This document shows, piece by piece, positions 54,548-60,959 of a DNA stretch of 60,959 bases. A program made the translations under genes and the position numbers. This DNA comes from Candidatus Melainabacteria bacterium. Its GTDB lineage: Bacteria > Cyanobacteriota > Vampirovibrionia > LMEP-6097. Each line of letters opens with the position of its first letter. The stretch's first letter is position 1. The stretch lies in NCBI GenBank assembly GCA_018695135.1, contig JABHOV010000051.1, positions 1-60,959 of the forward strand. Direction: 5' to 3'. The notes under the pieces are model-generated. The model searched no databases, was not told the DNA's origin, and saw nothing but the letters and a program-made list of their open reading frames with translations.

Positions 54548-55054
54548 CTATTTACCAATGATCCATGCTTTTACTCCCAAGCTTGTATCAAGACTGCTTT
54601 CTGTAGCATAGTCATTCCAGTTATTGTCATCATAAATATCTATAGCTTTGCTTTGTGTTTGGGTAGTTTGAGGTTTTGGTTTTTGGACTATGATTTGCTG
54701 ATGGATTTTTTGGGGATTGGCAAAGACTCCTGTGAGCTTCGCCGATCTTGGGTAGTTGATTTGAGAATTGCGCTGCTGGCTTTGAGGACTTGCCTTGAAA
54801 GCAGTTTGCTCTTGCATAAAAACAAATTTGTAATCAAGTAAGGCTTTTTTCTTGGCTGTTTTGCGTTTGATTACTATGGTGTTTTGATTGGCTGATATCG
54901 GATTGATCAAGCCGATGAGTATGACTAGGCATCCTGCAAAACGAAGTTTTGCTAGTGATGTCGACACAAAAAAGGTCGGAACGGTGCAAAGCACTAGTTC
55001 CGTTAGTGAAGATAAATGGGACTTTCGCAGGAATTTTATTAAGATGATGAGCAT
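54548..55054 (-). CDS. Hypothetical protein; N-terminal about 40 aa encoded by the antisense strand of a family A element
   Basis: 168-aa ORF. Residues KFLRKSHLSSLTELVLCTVPTFFVSTSLAKLRFAGC are element-derived. The true start may lie downstream. Confidence 0.4.
   Translation of the reverse strand: MLIILIKFLRKSHLSSLTELVLCTVPTFFVSTSLAKLRFAGCLVILIGLINPISANQNTIVIKRKTAKKKALLDYKFVFMQEQTAFKASPQSQQRNSQINYPRSAKLTGVFANPQKIHQQIIVQKPKPQTTQTQSKAIDIYDDNNWNDYATESSLDTSLGVKAWIIGK
54927..55037 (+). mobile_element. MITE-like element, family A, full copy (111 nt)
   Basis: Colinear with 6707-6817 and the same length. Hairpin loops differ (GAA, AAA). Confidence 0.75.
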
Positions 55055-55065
55055 TGTTTTCTCCT

Positions 55066-55689
55066 TTAGAAAATTAGGTCGATAGCTTTCTTGGCGATGT
55101 TTTGTACTAGTGGGCTGGTCATACGATAATTCATATAGTCGTAGTCAATTTTTTTTGCTTGTACTCGTTTATTGACAGGGACTGGATAGGAGTTGAAGTA
55201 AGGTGGATAATGTGGGGCTTGTGCCTTGAATTTTGATGGTTCAACTATGCGTTTTGGTTTTGCTGGATTTTGGAAAGCGTGTGCTTGTTTTTTATCACTG
55301 TTTACAATCTCCATAGCCTGCGCATTAGCAATCTGCCAGCTGGTGATCTCATCTTGCAAATGGCTTAGCCTGACTGGAATCGGTCCCTTTTGTTTGTCAC
55401 CAAAGATAGCAGTTTCTAGTCTTTCGAGCCGTTTGCCAGGGTTCTCTAGTTTGAAATCTCTTCCCGGATAAATCAAGAATTCTAATTGGTCCAAGAAAGG
55501 ATAGCCCTTGATTTTGGGAGCTAGCACTCTTGCTTGCGGGTGTTGATTGTAGCTGCGACCTAGCTGCACACCGGGATCTGTCATTGGATTGATGATGATT
55601 GGTTTTAATTGTTGCTCCAGTAATTTACTGCTGCCGTTATAAGCGCAGACTGCTGGCTGAACTAAAATCAATAAAAGAATTATGATCAT
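55066..55689 (-). CDS. Secreted hypothetical protein
   Basis: Signal peptide MIIILLLILVQPAVCA. Overlaps the upstream gene by 53 nt. Confidence 0.5.
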   Translation of the reverse strand: MIIILLLILVQPAVCAYNGSSKLLEQQLKPIIINPMTDPGVQLGRSYNQHPQARVLAPKIKGYPFLDQLEFLIYPGRDFKLENPGKRLERLETAIFGDKQKGPIPVRLSHLQDEITSWQIANAQAMEIVNSDKKQAHAFQNPAKPKRIVEPSKFKAQAPHYPPYFNSYPVPVNKRVQAKKIDYDYMNYRMTSPLVQNIAKKAIDLIF

Positions 55690-56275
55690 TGTTTTCTCCT
55701 GTTATTTCTATGCTGAATTTATATACTCCGGTTCTAGTTGGCACGACAATATCAGTTGTACCTGTTTGATCTTTGCTGACTAAAGCAAAGACTTTGAGGA
55801 AATCTGTCTCGTAGTAGTCTTTGATATTGTTATAAGAGACAAGCTCTGGGTTTGCTGCAAGTATATATTGATTGATATGAGAATCTAGTTTGACAATAGT
55901 GGATCTAGATTTGCTTAGTGTGAACTTTTTAGTGATAATCCGAGAACGGCTTCGTTGCCCGAGCATAAGATCCTTCCCCTGACCGGGATTGAGTTTGAGG
56001 TGGATTTGATAAATGCCTGCTTGGGTATCTACTGTAAGATCAGTCTCTCCTGTTTTGCTGAGTCCTTGAATAGCAATGATGCTCTTAGCTTCATCATCGT
56101 CAAGTCCGGAAATTGAATAAACCCTGGCTTTGCTTTTATCAACGACTAAGGGCTCAGAATTGATTAGTGAACCAAAATCAATTAGGCTAAATCTGCCATA
56201 GCCAAGTTCAAGCGGGATGCTATTGGCTTTTACTTGATTCACGAAGAGTATAAATATAATTAGTATCAATCTCAT
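55637..56275 (-). CDS. Secreted protein with two beta-rich repeats resembling pilus-assembly N-terminal (T2SS/T3SS pilotin-N-like) domains
   Basis: Start set at MRLILIIFILFVNQVKA (ATGA overlap with the upstream stop). Two similar segments of about 90 aa (…TGETDLTVDTQAGIYQIHLKL; …TGTTDIVVPTRTGVYKFSIEI). Confidence 0.5.
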   Translation of the reverse strand: MRLILIIFILFVNQVKANSIPLELGYGRFSLIDFGSLINSEPLVVDKSKARVYSISGLDDDEAKSIIAIQGLSKTGETDLTVDTQAGIYQIHLKLNPGQGKDLMLGQRSRSRIITKKFTLSKSRSTIVKLDSHINQYILAANPELVSYNNIKDYYETDFLKVFALVSKDQTGTTDIVVPTRTGVYKFSIEITGENNDHNSFIDFSSASSLRL

Positions 56276-56835
56276 TGCCTGCCACCTTTGATTAGTGATT
56301 CGATTTGTGTGACTACTTCTTGCCCGCAAGCGAGCTGGAGTCTCTCTGCGGCTCTGATACTGAGTTTGCGGGCTTTGTTATCAAGTTGATAGCGCTTTTG
56401 ATAGTAGTTAGCAAAGTCTTCATAGTCAGTTTTGATTTGGCTTTTGCGTTCATCAAGGTACTCATTTGCTATTTCTTTTGCTCGTAAGCGAAATGAATTT
56501 TGACTATCTTTTTGTGCCTTGGCAAGTTGAGGATCTGTTTTGCTAGCAGCTTCTAACAAGAGTGCAAGTGCTTGTTGATCTCTGAATTCTAATTCAGTAC
56601 TAGTGAATTCCCTTATTAATGATTTATAGGAAGGAAGTTCGACCAATATTGCTGAGCCGAGTGGGGCTTTTGCTTTGTGAATAGTTTTCTTTATCTGGCG
56701 TCTTGGTTTTGCTTTGACTTGTTTGACTGGCTTAGTAATTGGTTTTGAGAAGCTTCGTAGTGAAGCAGCTTGAACCAGGCTTGATGACAAGGTAAAGCAA
56801 CTAAGCAAGAGGCTTAGTTTGTATATGGTTTGCAT
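56272..56835 (-). CDS. Secreted hypothetical protein
   Basis: Signal peptide MQTIYKLSLLLSCFTLSSSLVQA, then a Lys-rich region and a helical C-terminus. Confidence 0.5.
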   Translation of the reverse strand: MQTIYKLSLLLSCFTLSSSLVQAASLRSFSKPITKPVKQVKAKPRRQIKKTIHKAKAPLGSAILVELPSYKSLIREFTSTELEFRDQQALALLLEAASKTDPQLAKAQKDSQNSFRLRAKEIANEYLDERKSQIKTDYEDFANYYQKRYQLDNKARKLSIRAAERLQLACGQEVVTQIESLIKGGRQ

Positions 56836-56844
56836 TTATTAGCT

Positions 56845-57033
56845 TCATTTAACTAGACCGTCCAGGAATACAATTCTCAAGACGTATTTGAGACTATTTC
56901 TTGGTCGTGTTTGTGGGTCTTCTTCAGACAAGAAGATCATCCTGCCAAACATAAATAGTGCAATAAGTATTCCAGTGAATCCAATAATGTCATTTTGATA
57001 TTCAGACATAAATTTTAGTAATATATCGCTCAT
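56845..57033 (-). CDS. Small membrane protein (62 aa)
   Basis: One hydrophobic segment (IIGFTGILIALFMFG). ORF only. Confidence 0.3.
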   Translation of the reverse strand: MSDILLKFMSEYQNDIIGFTGILIALFMFGRMIFLSEEDPQTRPRNSLKYVLRIVFLDGLVK

Positions 57034-57256
57034 CTCTTAGAACCATTATAGCGTAGCTATGAAAAAGTAAAAAAATGGCAACTCCTAATAAAACTGTTTC
57101 AAAAAATAAATTCCACGGATTAAAAGCTTGACCATCTGCTAAAAAATGTAGTGTATCCCAGCAAAAGGGTGTAGCTAGTACGAAGCTACTATATTTTGTA
57201 TATTCAGCTTTGAATTTATCAGAATCAGCATAGTTGATTTTGTGTTTCGACCTCAT
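57002..57256 (-). CDS. Small membrane protein (84 aa)
   Basis: Two hydrophobic segments. TATCAT lies 6 nt upstream of the ATG on the minus strand. Confidence 0.35.
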   Translation of the reverse strand: MRSKHKINYADSDKFKAEYTKYSSFVLATPFCWDTLHFLADGQAFNPWNLFFETVLLGVAIFLLFHSYAIMVLRDERYITKIYV

Positions 57257-57290
57257 GTTTCAATGATACCGAAGCTGCTTGTTAAACGAA

Positions 57291-57308
57291 AGGGGTCATT
57301 TAACCCCT
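57291..57308. repeat. Palindromic motif AGGGGTCATTTAACCCCT, copy 1
   Basis: GGGGT-6 nt-ACCCC. A near-identical copy lies at 57386-57404. Confidence 0.5.
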
Positions 57309-57385
57309 GGCTTCAAGACCGAAAGTCTAGATATATCAACAGTTTCACCTCAGTTTCTAAAAAATTAGCTAAAGAATTCAATTTA

Positions 57386-57404
57386 AGGGGGTCATTTAAC
57401 CCCT
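57386..57404. repeat. Palindromic motif AGGGGGTCATTTAACCCCT, copy 2
   Basis: Same motif, 7 nt upstream of the TACAAT box that precedes tRNA-Ser. Confidence 0.5.
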
Positions 57405-57411
57405 GATCCAG

Positions 57412-57417
57412 TACAAT
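57412..57417 (+). promoter_or_regulatory. -10 box (TACAAT) 7 nt upstream of the mature 5' end of tRNA-Ser
   Basis: TACAATACTGAGT followed by GGACGGG, the start of the tRNA. Confidence 0.35.
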
Positions 57418-57424
57418 ACTGAGT

Positions 57425-57512
57425 GGACGGGTGCCAGAGCGGTTTATCGGAGCAGTCTTGAAAACTGTCGTAGTGAAAGCTACCGAGGGTTCGAATCCCT
57501 CCCCGTCCGCCA
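57425..57512 (+). tRNA. tRNA-Ser (anticodon UGA), CCA encoded
   Basis: Acceptor stem GGACGGG/CCCGTCC. Anticodon loop CTTGAAA. Long variable arm CGTAGTGAAAGCTACCG. T arm GAGGG-TTCGAAT-CCCTC. Discriminator G plus CCA. Confidence 0.93.
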
Positions 57513-57531
57513 TTTTTTTCTCAACTCACAC

Positions 57532-59115
57532 TCAAAGGCAGAAGCCGCCTCGGCAGACTTCGCCGGTCTCAGAAATCCGAGCTTCGCTTCCCCTTTGGCT
57601 TTTCAGATCTTTTTTGCTCGTAGTCGTCTGTGGGCTGGTGAAGTTCCTAAGCCCAAAGACACTTTCACTAAAAAAACAAAACGGTTTAAGCAGTTTTATT
57701 TTGTACTCACGATCTTTAAGAATCGGGTTCGAGCCAACTTTTTTCAAAATCTTGCCCATTTGCACAAAATCTTTTTTGACTATGCTGTGATGCGCTTGAT
57801 TGCTAATCTTGAGAGAAGCGACTAGTGGTTCGAGCCAATCGCTACCCTTGACTTTAATTTCACCAATTCTGGATTCAAGATCTTGGGATTTGCTGACTAT
57901 GATATTTTTCTTGCTTTTGTATTCATTGGAATCAATAGCGCCATCTATATGTATATCAAGTAGTCTTTCTAATCTCTCACGATTTGTATCTAGTTCTGTC
58001 TGCACTGTGGCAATTTGAGAATCAATATCTCCTTGTTCCTCCTTATGCCAAGAGTTAATCTCATCCAGGCACCATTGATACCAATAATCATCTATTGCCA
58101 CATCTGCTAATAGATTTTCAATTTGTGGAGCTAAGTCCCTTTCGCTAATAGCTGGCTCCTTGCAGGTACAGGCTTTTGATTTACGAGTGCATTTGTAGTA
58201 TCTAAACTCAAGTCCAGATTTCTTACGGTGATAGTCTTGCACGATGGTATAGCCGCAATTACCGCATTTGCCTAGATCTTGAAACCAGAATCCTTTACCT
58301 TTTCTTTTCTCCTCACGCCAATCTACTTTCCTGGATTCACACTCAAGTCGAGATTGGACTTTATTAAAAAGCCCTTGGTTAATCATCGCAGGGTGTGATC
58401 CTGGGTGCAGTTCTCCTTTAAGCCTAAAGACTCCGGTATAAAAAGGATTAGATAGCATTCTTCTTATGGTGTTTAAACTAATAGGTCTACCAGTGCGAGT
58501 TCTTACTCCTCCTTCAAACAACTTCGCTCTAATCTCAAAGAAGCGAAGCTCACCTGCTGCATATTTATGAAATAAACCACGCACTAAATCAAAAGACTTA
58601 GGATCAGCCTCTATATTTTTCTTCTTGAGATTGTTAACATAGCCAATCGGTGCTGGTCCAGGAAATTCTCCGCGTCTAATTTTTTCACGGATTCCTCGTT
58701 TAACATTTTGAGACAAGTTATCAACATATAGTTTTCCAAAATTAAACGCCAAGGATAAATTAAATATCCCTTGTGGTCCAGATTCAAAATAGAAGCTTGG
58801 GAATTTAAGATCTTTTACAACTCCTCTATCAAGCAAGTCAACAATCAAAGCTCCCTCTGGTGCGTTTCTACTAATTCTATCTGGAGCCCAACTTAAAATC
58901 CCACCTGCTTGCCCAGCCTGAATCAATCCAAGCATCTCATCAAACACAGGTCTATTGTTTGGCTTGCGAGCTGATTTACTCTCAGTGAAAACATCAACTA
59001 CGAACAATCCATGTTTCTTAGCATAATCCCTAAGCTCTTGTAATTGAGACTCAATAGACAAAGCTTGACGTTCCTCTTCCTCAGAACTCTTACGGCAGTA
59101 TATAAAGTATTTCAT
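57532..59115 (-). CDS. Large serine recombinase (integrase)
   Basis: Resolvase-type N-terminus MKYFIYCRKSSEEEERQALSIESQ (catalytic Ser region), recombinase domain, CGNCGY...YYKC zinc ribbon and coiled-coil C-terminus. The stop lies 20 nt from the tRNA-Ser 3' end. Confidence 0.9.
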   Translation of the reverse strand: MKYFIYCRKSSEEEERQALSIESQLQELRDYAKKHGLFVVDVFTESKSARKPNNRPVFDEMLGLIQAGQAGGILSWAPDRISRNAPEGALIVDLLDRGVVKDLKFPSFYFESGPQGIFNLSLAFNFGKLYVDNLSQNVKRGIREKIRRGEFPGPAPIGYVNNLKKKNIEADPKSFDLVRGLFHKYAAGELRFFEIRAKLFEGGVRTRTGRPISLNTIRRMLSNPFYTGVFRLKGELHPGSHPAMINQGLFNKVQSRLECESRKVDWREEKRKGKGFWFQDLGKCGNCGYTIVQDYHRKKSGLEFRYYKCTRKSKACTCKEPAISERDLAPQIENLLADVAIDDYWYQWCLDEINSWHKEEQGDIDSQIATVQTELDTNRERLERLLDIHIDGAIDSNEYKSKKNIIVSKSQDLESRIGEIKVKGSDWLEPLVASLKISNQAHHSIVKKDFVQMGKILKKVGSNPILKDREYKIKLLKPFCFFSESVFGLRNFTSPQTTTSKKDLKSQRGSEARISETGEVCRGGFCL

Positions 59116-59189
59116 AGATATAATTCTAAAAAATCTCAGCCAATTTGGCCAGTTAAATCTATATCATCTACGATTGTTCTATGTTAATA

Positions 59190-59363
59190 CTAACCAGCAG
59201 GACAATCAGTGCCAGGACAAGGTTCTCTACTTGGCCTTTCTTGTGGTTGTTTTGGTCGTGATGGCAATGGTGCTGGCTGAGGAGGAGGGGCTGCCGGTGG
59301 CTGCTCCTTTGGTTTTGGCTTCGTTGTAGGTGGGGTACTGGGTGCTGCTGTTGTTAATCTCAT
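59190..59363 (-). CDS. Unlisted small ORF encoding a 57-aa proline-rich peptide
   Basis: AAAGGAGAAGATATG SD plus start. Manual translation: MRLTTAAPSTPPTTKPKPKEQPPAAPPPQPAPLPSRPKQPQERPSREPCPGTDCPAG. It lies 13 nt downstream of the preceding gene on the same strand and is below the 60-aa cut-off of the ORF track. Confidence 0.4.
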   Translation of the reverse strand: MRLTTAAPSTPPTTKPKPKEQPPAAPPPQPAPLPSRPKQPQERPSREPCPGTDCPAG

Positions 59364-59375
59364 ATCTTCTCCTTT

Positions 59376-60959
59376 TTATACTATTTGATTCCTGTTATAA
59401 AACCTCAAGGCTTTGGTTAGTAATTCATCATGGATTCTTGAATAAACCTCAGAGCCCCAAGTTGTTTTAATTGCTGCTGACCAATCTTCTCTCAATGTAT
59501 CATCCGCAGGAGGATCAGGTAAAGTTTGTACCGTCACATCACCAGTCTCCATATCTCTAATACTTAGTTCAACCCCATCCGTCCCCGCAGGATCTAGCTT
59601 AATAGTCCAATTTCTCTCATCACTAATTCGAAAAGGATCTGCATCAATTAAAACAGGAGTACCAGCTTTAGAGTCTGAGTTCAAATACCACTCTCGCCAA
59701 TTATAGACTTCATTAAGCATAAAGTCTGTTTGATTGAAGTTTGGAGCTAACTCTGGCCTGATATTGAAAGTCCCATTAGTCAAGTGCTTATTATGATCCT
59801 GAAACCCTCTATCTAATAGAGACAGCACCAACTGCAATTTCCTCCAAATAGATTTGTATGCCATGACGGCTTGATAAACATCTTGATGACTGTTATTGCA
59901 ATTACCAAAACCACCACGCAAAGTATCAGCGGTACATAAATTATAGACATCAGGATCCTTCATTAGTGAATGAGCATCAAGACCAGCAGTTAAAATATCT
60001 GATTTTGATACATCGTGACCAGAGTAATTTCTTAGTTCAACTTTACTAGCATTGATTTTGTCTTTAATTTTTTTGCTTGGTACCATTAGGATTACTGTAT
60101 TAGTTGGATTATCGAAGTGATCATTATAAAAAATTGGAGAATAATCTTGAACTTGTCCAGCGCTATCTTGGAGTGTGACTGATGAGTTTGACATAATGAC
60201 ACCACCACGCATAATGCTTATTTCGGTTGCTTCCAAATCGTCAAAATTGTTAGAAGCAATTCCAACGGTATCTAAATATCCACTTGGTATACTTTCAAGG
60301 ATTTGTTTTTGTATCTCAGGAACTCGTAGATTGTCAAAGTGCCAAGCAATACCTGGAAACTCTAAATCTAAGTGTTTTTCTTTAGAACAATTAAGACGAT
60401 ATGAATCACTTTCACTATGTGCAAGATGTCTTAAATTACGCTCTAACAAAGAAACTAGTGGTTTTTCAATTCCTCTGATTGGTCTTGCAGCCTGGGTCAA
60501 TGCTTCAAAGCCATGGAAAATATCTAAACCAAAATCATAGACTTCACCAATTTGATGAGGAAAGTGTATTGGACTACCAGCAGGGTAATTAGCAATTGAA
60601 TGAGAGATAGTTGGTAGGACTGTATCTCTTTCATTTATCAGCCCTCTTCGATTAAGTTCTTCAAAAGCAAGGGTAGATAAATCATTTACTGCCTTTGTAA
60701 ATTCTCCTTGGTTGGAATATAGATTTTTACTGAGAGCTTTTTTGAAATTCCTTAGGGCTATATTAACTGATGGCAAAGTGTTTTCAACTTGAACTAAAGC
60801 GACAAAGTCGTTAGTGTAGTCATCAGGATAGAATCCGTGTTGTTTGCAAGCCGCCAGACCTTGTTCATATATTGCTAACTGTTCGTCGGAAGGATTTTTT
60901 TGAACTAAAGCGACAAAGGCGTTAGTGTAGTGATAAGTATTAAATCCGTGTTGTTTGCA
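59376..60959 (-). CDS. Hypothetical protein, 5' end outside the window; N-terminal 37-aa tandem repeats
   Basis: The frame stays open from the listed TTG (60776) to the window edge. The upstream part encodes repeated ...CKQHGF(Y/N)..YTN(D/A)FVALVQ units. Confidence 0.55.
   Translation of the reverse strand, partial: CKQHGFNTYHYTNAFVALVQKNPSDEQLAIYEQGLAACKQHGFYPDDYTNDFVALVQVENTLPSVNIALRNFKKALSKNLYSNQGEFTKAVNDLSTLAFEELNRRGLINERDTVLPTISHSIANYPAGSPIHFPHQIGEVYDFGLDIFHGFEALTQAARPIRGIEKPLVSLLERNLRHLAHSESDSYRLNCSKEKHLDLEFPGIAWHFDNLRVPEIQKQILESIPSGYLDTVGIASNNFDDLEATEISIMRGGVIMSNSSVTLQDSAGQVQDYSPIFYNDHFDNPTNTVILMVPSKKIKDKINASKVELRNYSGHDVSKSDILTAGLDAHSLMKDPDVYNLCTADTLRGGFGNCNNSHQDVYQAVMAYKSIWRKLQLVLSLLDRGFQDHNKHLTNGTFNIRPELAPNFNQTDFMLNEVYNWREWYLNSDSKAGTPVLIDADPFRISDERNWTIKLDPAGTDGVELSIRDMETGDVTVQTLPDPPADDTLREDWSAAIKTTWGSEVYSRIHDELLTKALRFYNRNQIV

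Noticed and set aside
57313-57790. ORFs 57313-57513 (minus strand) and 57431-57790 (plus strand)
   Set aside because: They overlap the tRNA-Ser gene or run antisense to the serine recombinase, so they are spurious.

Overview
AT-rich bacterial chromosomal segment, apparently from a diderm. It is densely packed with housekeeping genes: thrS, pgi, sdhB-like, smpB, fabG-acpP, hemL, pheT, dcd, rimI, folK, fusA, pabA/trpG, anmK and pyk. It also carries an arginine succinyltransferase (AST) cluster (astB, astA, astD), scattered type IV pilus genes (pilT, pilD, a pilM/N-like gene), a LemA-TPM operon and several secreted proteases. I found no rRNA genes and no CRISPR array. There is one tRNA, tRNA-Ser(UGA). 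Four things stand out. (1) A 2093-aa teneurin-like RHS/YD polymorphic toxin is followed by two tandem lipoprotein paralogues that look like immunity genes, plus a fossil copy of the toxin tip. (2) There are at least four families of small palindromic or MITE-like repeats. One 111-nt family sits in frame inside coding sequence (pgi, and the first immunity-like gene), as Rickettsia RPEs do. Other families end exactly at stop codons or abut start codons and -10 boxes. (3) A GCTATAAT-type -10 box recurs 6-10 nt upstream of start codons, and upstream of the tRNA 5' end, which suggests widespread leaderless transcription. (4) A large serine recombinase lies next to tRNA-Ser and opens an island that runs off the right edge of the window. 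Also notable are a near-perfect inverted repeat with 81-bp arms between divergent genes and an ORF-free stretch of about 0.7 kb that is rich in hairpins. All functional calls come from motif recognition by eye in the supplied translations. No database search was run.
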